Assembly: GCA_977020255.1 (NCBI GenBank)
Contig: CDROCS010002317.1
Span: 1-64,000 of the forward strand
Direction of reading: 5' to 3'
Length of the DNA: 64,000 nt
From: Obrimoposthia wandeli
Lineage: Eukaryota
The notes below the pieces were generated by a model, which did not search any database, was not told where the DNA came from, and was given only the letters and a program-made list of their open reading frames with translations. Of this stretch, positions 9,236-18,464 are shown one piece after another (position 1 is the first letter of the stretch; every line of letters begins with the position of its first letter). The translations under genes and the position numbers were made by a program.

Positions 9236-9889
9236 ATGAAAACCCGTGACCGTATTCTCGCTGCCGCGCTAGAATTGTTTAATCAACAAGGCGAACGCAA
9301 GGTAACGACTAACCATATTGCTGCACATTTAGAGATGTCGCCAGGTAACTTGTATTATCACTTCAAAAACAAGCAAGAAATTATCTATGAGCTGTTCTTG
9401 AGTTACGAATCGTATGTAGATTCTAACTTACAGGTGCCTACGGGCCGGCAGTTAACCGTTGAAGATAAGCTCAATTATTTGCAGAAAGTGTTTCTGGGTT
9501 TGTGGGAATTTCGTTTTATTCATAGAGATATGGAGCACCTGCTATTAGGAGGTGAAGAAAGATTGCATACGCGCTATAGAGAATTCTTTCGTCGCTGTCA
9601 GAAGAATACTGAAGCGATTTATTTGGGCTTACGAGAAGCTAAAATCATTGATATTGATGATCGAAGTTTAGAGGGCTTGGCGCTGAATACTTGGATTGTA
9701 GTGACTAGCTGGTTCTCTTTCTTACAATGTAACCTGTTACTCGACTCGAATGAAAATATCACCTTGGATATGCTAAAAGGCGGAATTTATCAGATCTTTC
9801 AGCTCGAGCGTCCCTTCTTGAGTGATGAGTATCGTGAGCGCGTTGAAGCGATGCAATCGGCCTTTATTCCTAAGCCTGATTGGTTGTAA
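9236..9889 (+). CDS. laoR: TetR-family regulator divergent from laoCBA (LaoR-like)
   Basis: N-terminal HTH (TTNHIAAHLEMSPGNLYYHFKNK); synteny with PA0367. Confidence 0.9.
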   Translation: MKTRDRILAAALELFNQQGERKVTTNHIAAHLEMSPGNLYYHFKNKQEIIYELFLSYESYVDSNLQVPTGRQLTVEDKLNYLQKVFLGLWEFRFIHRDMEHLLLGGEERLHTRYREFFRRCQKNTEAIYLGLREAKIIDIDDRSLEGLALNTWIVVTSWFSFLQCNLLLDSNENITLDMLKGGIYQIFQLERPFLSDEYRERVEAMQSAFIPKPDWL

Positions 9890-9896
9890 TCAGTAC

Positions 9897-9924
9897 TTTC
9901 TTGACCGTGATAGCGGTCAAGAAA
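9897..9924. terminator. Bidirectional terminator-like hairpin between the TetR gene and rsmD
   Basis: TTTCTTGACCG-tgatag-CGGTCAAGAAA, a perfect 11-bp stem. Confidence 0.65.
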
Positions 9925-9939
9925 ATGTTTTGCGAACCG

Positions 9940-10536
9940 TTATTCCACCTCAAACAACATAAAGCTAAACTCTTTCGCATCTTTACGCTTGGTCTCTAAC
10001 CAGTTAGCCGGAATGCACGACAGGTCGGCATTCGCTTCGACTTCAACATATACCAAGCAACCGACTTGGGCCTTCTCGGCAATAATATCGACAGCTGGTT
10101 TTAGTAAATTTCTGCCGAACGGTGGGTCGAGGAAAATAACATCGAATTGATCCAGTTCGGTATTCTGCGTTAACCAAGCAATGGCATCGGTTTGATGAAC
10201 ATGAGCATTACTAGCGTCTAACGATTGTAATGATTCACGGATGCAACTTGCAGCACTGGCATTAAACTCTAAGAAGGTCACTTCTTTAGCGCCACGACTT
10301 AAAGCTTCATACCCTAGAGCGCCACTACCCGCAAAACCATCTAGAATAAGTTTGCCTTCGATATCCCACTGCAGCCAGTTAAAGACCGTTTCGCGGACTT
10401 TATCCATGGTTGGGCGTAAGCCAGGTGCATCGGCAAACTGAATACGACGCGAGCGCCAATCACCACCAATAATTCTAAGTTGCTGCGAGCCTCTACGCAT
10501 GCTCGTTTTATTGCTGCTGCTTTTCTTTTTCGCCAT
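9940..10536 (-). CDS. rsmD: 16S rRNA m2G966 methyltransferase
   Basis: LRIIGGDWRSR, LRPTMDKVRETVFNWL, DGFAGSGALG and FLDPPF motifs. Confidence 0.95.
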   Translation of the reverse strand: MAKKKSSSNKTSMRRGSQQLRIIGGDWRSRRIQFADAPGLRPTMDKVRETVFNWLQWDIEGKLILDGFAGSGALGYEALSRGAKEVTFLEFNASAASCIRESLQSLDASNAHVHQTDAIAWLTQNTELDQFDVIFLDPPFGRNLLKPAVDIIAEKAQVGCLVYVEVEANADLSCIPANWLETKRKDAKEFSFMLFEVE

Positions 10537-10589
10537 GACGGATACTACCTAAATTTCTAAAGCGCTCGATATTGGAAGTGCTAAGCCTG

Positions 10590-11501
10590 TTACTCGGATG
10601 CATGCAATATTTGTTCTGCTGCTTGGCACTGACTTAAATAATTTTCTAACTGCTTAACATCTAATGCATTAATGCCCCAATACCCTTGTAGTAGGTAATT
10701 TTGAGGCAGGCGATAGTATGCGAGGTCAGCCAGTATGTCGAATTGAGTTGCTGGGTCTTGCCAATTTAATTGCCATTGCTGGACGAATGTTTGCTTCCAG
10801 GCATGGAGAGAGTCTTCGTTAATAGGCGCGAGAGTAGGCCAATGTGAGATTTGCCATTGCTTCTTGTTGATGTCTGCGCGGCTTTGGCTTGCATTGCTCA
10901 GCTGATCTTGTAACCAGTATTGTGCACTGACAGGCTGCCAAGGGCAGAAATGACTAGAGTTCGTCACTTGGCTATTTGTCTTTTGGATTGTAGTGGGTGT
11001 TGAAATTTCTAAAGGCTTCAGCCCTAGGCTTTTAATCATGCGTGCACTGGTGAGCCGAGCAATGTCTGCGCTCCAAGGGCCTTGTAAGATCATGACGGCT
11101 GGCTGACCTTTCAGATATGATGGGAAATCATTGATGCGCTGGCTAAGTTTCGATAAACCGAGCTCAAAGTCTGTTCCCAGATTGATGTCCCACTGCCAAT
11201 AATCGTCCTGCCAGCTGACGAGCGTAGAATCCAAATTGCTGTTAGTAGATGTTGAGCTTTTTTGCCTTTGCCCTCGGATACGAATCTGGAAGTCAGTATC
11301 TAAGCGTGTTTGCCAAAAAACCTTAATCCCTTCATGACTTGTCCAGATTTTCTCCTTCAATTCACCCAATGGAGGCAGGTCTATTGTTCGAATTTTGGTC
11401 GCATCTGCCGTGCGGTTTTTATCAATGCTGGCCCAGCCAACTAAGATAATGCAGACAAAAATAATTATATTGAGTGACGAGCGACTGAAACGTAGCTTCA
11501 T
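10590..11501 (-). CDS. Membrane-anchored hypothetical protein, possibly a highly diverged non-catalytic M16 (insulinase) homologue
   Basis: N-terminal hydrophobic anchor. Occupies the ftsY-rsmD slot held by M16 peptidases in Pseudomonas. Weak M16-like segments (GIKVFWQ, PAVMILQGPW); no HxxEH. Confidence 0.5.
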   Translation of the reverse strand: MKLRFSRSSLNIIIFVCIILVGWASIDKNRTADATKIRTIDLPPLGELKEKIWTSHEGIKVFWQTRLDTDFQIRIRGQRQKSSTSTNSNLDSTLVSWQDDYWQWDINLGTDFELGLSKLSQRINDFPSYLKGQPAVMILQGPWSADIARLTSARMIKSLGLKPLEISTPTTIQKTNSQVTNSSHFCPWQPVSAQYWLQDQLSNASQSRADINKKQWQISHWPTLAPINEDSLHAWKQTFVQQWQLNWQDPATQFDILADLAYYRLPQNYLLQGYWGINALDVKQLENYLSQCQAAEQILHASE

Positions 11502-11590
11502 TCTGCTTCCTTGTGTTATTCAGAGCTATCGATAGATGATAGGATAACGCCCAACTAACTCCTATTCGAGCAATAGATTCGAGAATACCG

Positions 11591-12772
11591 ATGTTTGAAA
11601 AACTTAAACGTAAAATAAAGGGCATGGCGCCTGAGCAGATTGAGCCAGAAGTTACTGAAACATCGACGGATGCCACAGCTGAACCCACTTTTGAGCCAAT
11701 TCCTGAGACGGTTGCTGCAAAGCCTGCCGACAAAACCGCCGAGCCTACGCAACAAATGGCGAAAGCCGGTGAGCTGCCCAGTGAAGATACCGTCTTTTTC
11801 CAAGATGCAGAAGATCAAGGCGAAGCACCTGAGGAAGAGAAGAAAGGCTTTTTTAGTCGTTTAGCGACAGGCCTGAGTAAAACTCGCTCTGGTTTCAGTG
11901 ATGGCGTTGCTAATCTTCTTTTGGGTAAGAAAGAAATTGATGATGATCTTTTAGAAGATCTAGAAACTCAGCTAGTGATGGCCGATGTTGGTGTAGAAGC
12001 GACGCAAGAAATTATGGCCAAGTTAACTGAGCGTGTGGGTCGTAAAGAACTCACCGATTCAGATGCCTTGTTCGAAGCTTTGATTAAAGAATTACAAGAT
12101 GTTCTAGCACCGTGCGAACAGCCTTTAATGATCGACTCTGCGAACAATAAGCCTTATGTGATCTTGATGGTCGGTATCAATGGAGTGGGTAAAACCACGA
12201 CGATTGGTAAGTTGGCCAAGCAATTTCAAGCGAAAGGCAAAACAGTGATGTTAGCGGCGGGTGATACCTTCCGTGCTGCTGCCGTTGAACAGCTACAAGT
12301 TTGGGGCGAACGTAATGACGTTCCTGTCGTTGCTCAGCATACCGGCGCTGATAGTGCGTCTGTTCTTTATGACGCACTTGAAGCAGCAACCGCCCGTGGC
12401 ACAGATATTTTAATCGCGGATACTGCAGGTCGTTTGCATACCAAAGACAATCTTATGGGCGAGCTGGAAAAAGTCGTTCGTGTGATGAAGAAAATTGATC
12501 CTGAAGCGCCTCATGAAGTGATGTTGGTATTAGATGCCGGCACCGGCCAGAACGCGATTAACCAAGCGGTTCAGTTCCAGAAATCAGTCGGTGTTACCGG
12601 TTTAACCCTGACTAAATTAGACGGCACTGCGAAAGGCGGTGTGATCTTCGCTTTGGCGAAACAACTCGCTTTGCCCGTTCGTTTTATTGGAATTGGCGAA
12701 GGTATTAATGACTTGCGTCCGTTTGATGCCAATGACTTTACTCGAGCGTTGTTCGATAAAGACAGTTTATAA
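11591..12772 (+). CDS. ftsY: Signal recognition particle receptor FtsY
   Basis: Acidic N-region; GINGVGKTTTIGKLA, DTFRAAA, DTAGRL and TKLDGTAKGG motifs. Confidence 0.97.
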   Translation: MFEKLKRKIKGMAPEQIEPEVTETSTDATAEPTFEPIPETVAAKPADKTAEPTQQMAKAGELPSEDTVFFQDAEDQGEAPEEEKKGFFSRLATGLSKTRSGFSDGVANLLLGKKEIDDDLLEDLETQLVMADVGVEATQEIMAKLTERVGRKELTDSDALFEALIKELQDVLAPCEQPLMIDSANNKPYVILMVGINGVGKTTTIGKLAKQFQAKGKTVMLAAGDTFRAAAVEQLQVWGERNDVPVVAQHTGADSASVLYDALEAATARGTDILIADTAGRLHTKDNLMGELEKVVRVMKKIDPEAPHEVMLVLDAGTGQNAINQAVQFQKSVGVTGLTLTKLDGTAKGGVIFALAKQLALPVRFIGIGEGINDLRPFDANDFTRALFDKDSL

Positions 12773-12811
12773 AATAGTTCGTTAAGTTTGTTCATTATAA
12801 TAATAAATTGA

Positions 12812-12888
12812 TTGCTACAGCTTTCGCGCATACCTAATAGCAATGGTAAGCGAAAGCGAAACCAACGCTTGGTCATAATCTGTAGCAA
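12812..12888 (+). promoter_or_regulatory. Predicted three-way-junction RNA structure in the ftsY-ftsE spacer
   Basis: TTGCTACAG/CTGTAGCAA (9 bp) encloses CTTTCGC..TACC/GGTA..GCGAAAG and ACCAA/TTGGT, and abuts the ftsE Shine-Dalgarno. Confidence 0.5.
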
Positions 12889-12900
12889 GGAGACCTAATT

Positions 12901-13593
12901 TTGCCAATGGTTCGTTTTGATCGTGTCAGCAAGCGTTATTCGTCAGGTAAGGAAGCGCTTAGCGGGGTTAGCTTTGAGCTAGCCCGTGGTGAAATGGCTT
13001 TTCTTACAGGCCACTCTGGCGCTGGGAAAAGTACCCTGCTCAAACTCATGATGCGTATGGAAGTGCCTACTCGCGGCGAAGTTGTTGTCGATGGCAGTAA
13101 TCTATCCCGTTTGCGTGAAGGCCTTGTGCCTTACCATCGACGTAAAGTCGGCGTCGTTTTTCAAAATCACCAATTACTCTTTGATCGCAGTGTCTTCGAA
13201 AACGTCGCTTTGCCGTTATTAATTGCGGGTACGTCATTAAAAGAAACCGGCCGTCGCGTACGTGCGGCACTCGATAAAGTCGGCTTGTTAGGAAAAGAGA
13301 AACTCAACCCTATTCAGCTTTCGGGTGGCGAGCAACAGCGTATTGGTATTGCTCGCGCCGTTGTGAATAAACCTGCACTGTTAATTGCTGATGAGCCAAC
13401 GGGTAACCTAGACCCTGAACTGTCCGCTGAAATTATGAACTTGTTTTGCGAGTTTCAACAAGTGGGCGTGACAGTATTAATTGCGACACACGACATCGCA
13501 CTCGTTGAGCGAATGAACAAGCGCCGATTGATTTTGCAAAATGGCCAAATGATTGCGGGTCAGGATTCTATTAGTGGAGATGCTTATGTCTGA
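12901..13593 (+). CDS. ftsE: Cell division ATP-binding protein FtsE
   Basis: GHSGAGKST, LSGGEQQR and IADEPTGNLD motifs; ftsY-ftsE-ftsX-rpoH synteny. Confidence 0.96.
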   Translation: MPMVRFDRVSKRYSSGKEALSGVSFELARGEMAFLTGHSGAGKSTLLKLMMRMEVPTRGEVVVDGSNLSRLREGLVPYHRRKVGVVFQNHQLLFDRSVFENVALPLLIAGTSLKETGRRVRAALDKVGLLGKEKLNPIQLSGGEQQRIGIARAVVNKPALLIADEPTGNLDPELSAEIMNLFCEFQQVGVTVLIATHDIALVERMNKRRLILQNGQMIAGQDSISGDAYV

Positions 13594-14557
13594 TAAACCG
13601 ATGAATCAGCAAGGCGCTTCAGCTTCCACTTTAGGTGCGGGTGAAAAATTCAGTGCTTATTTCCGTAACCATCAAATGGTGGCGGTAGAATCTTTAGCAA
13701 AATTACTCTCAACCCCCGCTTCGAGCTTATTAACGTGGTTAGTGATCGCAATCGCCCTCACATTACCTGGCGCCCTTTATATGGCGGTGAATAATCTACA
13801 GCAGCTGAGTGGCCACTTTGAAGCCTCAGGTCAGATGACGGTTTTTCTGTCGACAGATATTCGGGACGTAGACAGTAGCGCGCTGCGCTTAAAGATAGCG
13901 ACTCTCGATGATGTTAATAAAGTCGTTTATGTTTCTCCCGAACAAGCACTAGAAGAATTCACTCAATACGGTGGTATTTCTGATGCTTTGAGCTTTTTGG
14001 ATGAAAATCCATTGCCTGCAGTTCTGCTGGTGGAGCCGCCATTAGGCATCGATAAAGAGGAGCTCAATGTACTGGTCGCCCAATTGAAATCGTTTAACCA
14101 CGTTGACAGTGTTCAGGTCGATATGGCTTGGGTTGAGCGTTTATTAGCGTTATTGGCCCTAGCCCAGCGCTTAGTTGCCGTTGTTGGCGTCCTATTGGCC
14201 TTAGCCATTGTGCTGGTGGTGGGCAATACCATTCGATTATCGATTGCTGCACGTACCGACGAAATTCGAGTCATCAAGCTGGTGGGTGGCACCAATGCCT
14301 ATGTACGTCGTCCTTTCTTATACTCTGGATTCTGGTACGGCGCGATTGGCGGAATACTCGCTTGGCTGATGTTAGGACTGTGCTGGATCTTGTTACAAGG
14401 TCCCGTTGCAGACATCGCGGCGTTATATGGAGCTGACTTTTATCTACAGCCTCTTCCCTTCACACCGACTTGTTGGCTAATATTCAGTGCAGCAGTATTA
14501 GGATTATTAGGCTCTTGGTGGTCAGTACAGCGCCATCTGGTGGCAATTGAGCCATAA
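13586..14557 (+). CDS. ftsX: Cell division permease FtsX
   Basis: ENPLPAVL and IKLVGGTNAYVRRPFLY motifs, four TM helices. ATG at 13586 after GGAG preferred to 13553. Confidence 0.95.
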   Translation: MSDKPMNQQGASASTLGAGEKFSAYFRNHQMVAVESLAKLLSTPASSLLTWLVIAIALTLPGALYMAVNNLQQLSGHFEASGQMTVFLSTDIRDVDSSALRLKIATLDDVNKVVYVSPEQALEEFTQYGGISDALSFLDENPLPAVLLVEPPLGIDKEELNVLVAQLKSFNHVDSVQVDMAWVERLLALLALAQRLVAVVGVLLALAIVLVVGNTIRLSIAARTDEIRVIKLVGGTNAYVRRPFLYSGFWYGAIGGILAWLMLGLCWILLQGPVADIAALYGADFYLQPLPFTPTCWLIFSAAVLGLLGSWWSVQRHLVAIEP

Positions 14558-14618
14558 ATAGCCATTCCAGTTGTGAATGAGTTAATGCAAAGAAAAGTAA
14601 AAGGACTGTTCCACTGGT

Positions 14619-14645
14619 GAACTTAATAACACCATGGCACTCAAT
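14619..14645 (+). promoter_or_regulatory. sigmaE (RpoE/AlgU)-type promoter upstream of rpoH
   Basis: GAACTT-N16-TCAAT. A sigmaE promoter for rpoH is established in E. coli and P. aeruginosa. Confidence 0.75.
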
Positions 14646-14698
14646 AAAGACGAGTGCTACACTCCCTGTGTCCTTTGTTAATTGAATAGGAAATATTG

Positions 14699-15562
14699 AT
14701 GAACACTGCCTTGCAATCTATTGATGCCCTAAGCCCTGGCGCTAACTTAGAAGCCTATTTGGCTCGGGTTAATTCTGTGCCTGTGCTGAGTATCGCGGAA
14801 GAGCGAGAATTAACCACAATGCTTCATTATGAAGAAGACTTAGAGGCTGCGCGTCGTTTAATTATGTCGCACCTACGCTTTGTTGCACACATTGCAAAAA
14901 GCTACTCCGGTTATGGTTTGAACCAAGGTGATCTAATACAAGAAGGTAACGTAGGTTTAATGAAAGCGGTTAAGCGCTTCGACCCTGCTGTTGGTGTACG
15001 TTTGGTCTCCTTTGCTGTGCATTGGATCAAAGCCGAAATGCACGAATTCATCTTGCGCAACTGGCGTATTGTGAAAGTTGCGACAACGAAAGCGCAACGT
15101 AAAATGTTCTTTAACCTACGTAGCTCTAAAAAGAAGCTAGGTTGGTTGTCTCAGTCTGAAGCACAAGATATTGCTGAAGCACTAGGCGTAGAACAGAAAA
15201 CCGTATTTGAAATGGAAGGCCGCCTGCAAGCACGTGATGCGGCTTTCGATGCTGGCGCTGATGAAGACGATGAAACAGCGTACAAAGCTCCAGCCCATTA
15301 TTTAGAAGATCAGCGTTTTGATCCAGCGGTTGTGGTTGAAAATACAATCAGCGAACAGCAAGCCAGCACTAGCCTACATATGGCTCTAGCGAACTTGGAC
15401 GAACGTAGTCGAGATATTTTACAGCAGCGTTGGTTGACCGATGATAAATCAACCCTGCACGAACTAGCCGCCGAATACGATGTATCAGCAGAACGTATCC
15501 GTCAGTTAGAAAAGAATGCAATGAAGAAAGTTCGTGACGCCATGGAGGCAGAAGCGGCTTAA
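14699..15562 (+). CDS. rpoH: RNA polymerase sigma-32 factor
   Basis: [19 protein letters not shown], RpoH box QRKMFFNLR, and SAERIRQLE. Confidence 0.97.
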   Translation: MNTALQSIDALSPGANLEAYLARVNSVPVLSIAEERELTTMLHYEEDLEAARRLIMSHLRFVAHIAKSYSGYGLNQGDLIQEGNVGLMKAVKRFDPAVGVRLVSFAVHWIKAEMHEFILRNWRIVKVATTKAQRKMFFNLRSSKKKLGWLSQSEAQDIAEALGVEQKTVFEMEGRLQARDAAFDAGADEDDETAYKAPAHYLEDQRFDPAVVVENTISEQQASTSLHMALANLDERSRDILQQRWLTDDKSTLHELAAEYDVSAERIRQLEKNAMKKVRDAMEAEAA

Positions 15563-15630
15563 TTCAGCATAAAGACGACAGTCTCAGCACCCTGGCATTG
15601 TCTGGCTCTACTCTCTATATATCGAGTTGA

Positions 15631-15675
15631 GCATAAGAAAAGTCGCTATCGAAAGATACGCGGCTTTTTTTATGC
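15631..15675 (+). terminator. Intrinsic terminator of rpoH
   Basis: Stem capped by TATC-GAAA-GATA, followed by a T7 run. Confidence 0.75.
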
Positions 15676-15753
15676 CAGCTCGTTTTACTTATATTGTACT
15701 CATTTACTGATTTAAGTATCATCTGACCAAATATCTTACAATGGATTGTAAAC

Positions 15754-18354
15754 ATGGATCGTTCCATATCAGTTCGAACTCTCAAAAAGTTACTTATCTC
15801 TATACCTTTCTTATTAACGGCCTGTAGTTATTTTGACAAATCATCGGACAAAACTCCTGAAATACCAGCTATGACATCACTAGAGTTATTGCCTGATTCA
15901 AGAATAACCGCTGGCGAAAATTTAGTTGTCAGTGCTAATTGTAGAAATTGCGATCTATCGAAAACCCAGTATGAATGGAAGATCAAGGGAGTTGAGCAGG
16001 TGGTCTCGAATGAAGATTATTATCGGATTCCATCCGAGCATGTATTACATGAGATTAGTATTACTGCAACTGCTGTCAATTCAAATGGAGATGAAAGCAG
16101 TTCTCTAACCCGAATTTATTCTCAAAACCGAGTAAAAGACATTATTGGAAACTCCAGCGCTTTTGTTGCATTAAAGTATAACGGCACGGTAGTTTCGTGG
16201 GGGAATGGTCCTAGCGCTGATAATCGAGCGGTAGCAGATCAATTAACTCAAGTGAAATCTATATATTCAACTCAATATGCTTTTGCGGCGATTAATTCAG
16301 ATGGAACAGTAGTCACTTGGGGAGATTCTGCTAGGGGTGGTAATAGTGATTTGGTTGCTGGTCAACTAACTACAATCGAACATATCTCTTCATCAAAGGG
16401 TGCTTTTGCGGCTATTAAGGCGGATGGTTCCGTAGTGACTTGGGGAGACCCTGATTATGGTGGTGATAGTCGATGGGTTGCTAATAGATTGACTGAGGTT
16501 AAATCTATATCTGCAACATCTGGATCTTTTGCAGCGATTAAAGCTGATGGTTCTGTGGTGACTTGGGGAGGTAATGATAGCACTGCTGTAGCAGGCCAGT
16601 TAACGGACATTCAATCTATATTTTCTACTAGCAGTGCCTTTGCTGCGATTAAATCTGATGGATCAGTTGTGACTTGGGGGACGCCTGATAGAGGAGGAGA
16701 TAGCAGCTCTGTTTCAACACAGCTAACAGATATTCAATCTATTTCTGCTACTGCTTATGCCTTTGCAGCTCTTAGGGATGATGGTCGCGTGGTAACCTGG
16801 GGTCTCAGTTTCTATGACAGATTAGAAAGCAATGATAAACCTATTGTTAGCCAACTGGAGGGGGTACAAAGTATCTCTGCTACAGCTGATGCTTTTGCTG
16901 CGATTACATCGGATGGGTCAGTAGTTACTTGGGGAGATCCAGAGAATGGTGGCGATAGCAGTAAGGTTGCTGACCAACTGATAAATGTTCAGTCTATCTC
17001 TGCAACTCGCCATGCATTTGCGGCGGTTAAAAGTGATGGTTCAGTTGTAACTTGGGGTCATGCCGATTGGGGGGGCGATGCTAGTGGGGTTGTCGATCAG
17101 ATGATTGGGATACAGACCATATTTGCTTCTGAGCGAACCTTTGCAGCGATAAAAAGTGATGGTTCGGTGGTAACTTGGGGAAATCTGTCATCTAGTTCGG
17201 TTGCTGATAAGCTAGCTGATGTGCAATTTATTTCTGCAGCAAATGGCGGTGCTTTTGCTGCAATACAAGCAAGCGGCACTGTAGTGACTTGGGGTGATAC
17301 TAGTTTCGGAGGTAATAGCAATTCGGTTGCAGGGCAACTGACAGAGGTGCAATCTATTTCTGCAACTGATCGTGCTTTTGCTGCGGTTAAGTCGGACGGC
17401 TCAGTCGTGACGTGGGGAGATTCTTCTTATGGAGGTGATAGCAGCTTAGTAGCTGATGAATTACAGGGCGTTAGCACTATATCTGCTACAGGTGGGGCAT
17501 TTACCGCCATTAAAATTGATGGTTCTGTTGTGACTTGGGGGAACCCCCGCTATGGCAGCGATAGCCGATCAGTGGTTGATCGACTCCAGAAAGTGAGGTC
17601 TATTACTTCAACAGAGAAAGCTTTTGCAGCGATTAAGTCTGATGGCTTAGTAGTAACCTGGGGCAGCGAATTGGGAGGTGGAGATAGTCGGTTAGTTGCT
17701 GATCAGCTGACACATGTGCAATCTATTTCTGCGACTCACTATGCTTTTGCAGCTATTAAGAACGATGAATCAGTAGTGACTTGGGGTAGTCCAGACTATG
17801 GTGGAGATAGTAGGTCAGTCGCTAATCAACTGGTTGGGATTAAGTCTATTTTCTCTACGCATGGTGCCTTTGCGGCAATTAAAACTGACGGCTCAGTAGT
17901 TACGTGGGGCTATAGCTCGCATGGGGCCGATAGCAGCTCAGTTGAGAATCAGCTGACGAGTATCCATTCTATCACTGGAACCCGTAATGCTTTCGCAGCT
18001 TTAAAGATAGACGGAACAGTAGTGACTTGGGGAGATCTTGAAAATGGTGGGGATAGTAGCTTGGTCACTCAGCAGCTTTCGAGGGTTAAATCTATATTTG
18101 CAACATTTGGAGCTTTTGCGGCGCTAAAAGAAGACGGCACAGTAGTTACTTGGGGGAACTCTTTTTACGATGGTGGTGACAGCAGATTCATTGTTAAGCA
18201 GCTTACAAATGTACAGTCTATCACTTCAACAGGTACTGCCTTTGCAGCGCTTAAGGCCGATGGATCAATCGTGGTATGGGGAGATTCTTCCTCTGGTGGC
18301 TTCACACAAGATACGTCTGGACTTGAAGCTGGTGGTATCGTTACTTTACAGTAA
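15754..18354 (+). CDS. Lipoprotein with a short Ig-like region and 18 tandem ~41-aa RCC1/BLIP-II-like repeats
   Basis: Lipobox LTAC (Cys24). Repeat consensus AFAAIKxDGSVVTWGxxxxGGDSxxVAxQLxxVQSISATxx, counted 18 times. Confidence 0.88.
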   Translation: MDRSISVRTLKKLLISIPFLLTACSYFDKSSDKTPEIPAMTSLELLPDSRITAGENLVVSANCRNCDLSKTQYEWKIKGVEQVVSNEDYYRIPSEHVLHEISITATAVNSNGDESSSLTRIYSQNRVKDIIGNSSAFVALKYNGTVVSWGNGPSADNRAVADQLTQVKSIYSTQYAFAAINSDGTVVTWGDSARGGNSDLVAGQLTTIEHISSSKGAFAAIKADGSVVTWGDPDYGGDSRWVANRLTEVKSISATSGSFAAIKADGSVVTWGGNDSTAVAGQLTDIQSIFSTSSAFAAIKSDGSVVTWGTPDRGGDSSSVSTQLTDIQSISATAYAFAALRDDGRVVTWGLSFYDRLESNDKPIVSQLEGVQSISATADAFAAITSDGSVVTWGDPENGGDSSKVADQLINVQSISATRHAFAAVKSDGSVVTWGHADWGGDASGVVDQMIGIQTIFASERTFAAIKSDGSVVTWGNLSSSSVADKLADVQFISAANGGAFAAIQASGTVVTWGDTSFGGNSNSVAGQLTEVQSISATDRAFAAVKSDGSVVTWGDSSYGGDSSLVADELQGVSTISATGGAFTAIKIDGSVVTWGNPRYGSDSRSVVDRLQKVRSITSTEKAFAAIKSDGLVVTWGSELGGGDSRLVADQLTHVQSISATHYAFAAIKNDESVVTWGSPDYGGDSRSVANQLVGIKSIFSTHGAFAAIKTDGSVVTWGYSSHGADSSSVENQLTSIHSITGTRNAFAALKIDGTVVTWGDLENGGDSSLVTQQLSRVKSIFATFGAFAALKEDGTVVTWGNSFYDGGDSRFIVKQLTNVQSITSTGTAFAALKADGSIVVWGDSSSGGFTQDTSGLEAGGIVTLQ
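16159..18300 (+). repeat. Coding tandem repeat array, ~123-nt unit, 18 copies
   Basis: Recurrent GT(A/G/T)GT(A/G/T)AC(T/C/G)TGGGG at about 110-135 nt spacing. Confidence 0.9.
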
Positions 18355-18356
18355 CT

Positions 18357-18400
18357 CACAAAAAAGCCCGATTAGCATAAACTAATCGGGCTTTTTTGTG
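18357..18400. terminator. Bidirectional intrinsic terminator between the repeat lipoprotein and rho
   Basis: Perfect 19-bp inverted repeat CACAAAAAAGCCCGATTAG-cataaa-CTAATCGGGCTTTTTTGTG. A second hairpin lies at about 18414-18450. Confidence 0.9.
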
Positions 18401-18464
18401 TCTCGACTTTCTAAAGCTAGAGCCTTTGTTTAAACAAAAGCCCTAGCTTGCGAAAATAAAACGA

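Noticed and set aside
12812-12880. Hammerhead ribozyme resemblance (stem-C-GAAAC-CAA-loop-TTG-GTC)
   Set aside because: The stem II/III geometry and GUC fit, but the required CUGANGA core is absent (TGCTACA sits in its place) and that segment pairs elsewhere.
16159-18300. CRISPR array or DGR target
   Set aside because: Repeats are in-frame coding units with synonymous variation and no unique spacers. No cas genes, reverse transcriptase or template repeat are in the window.
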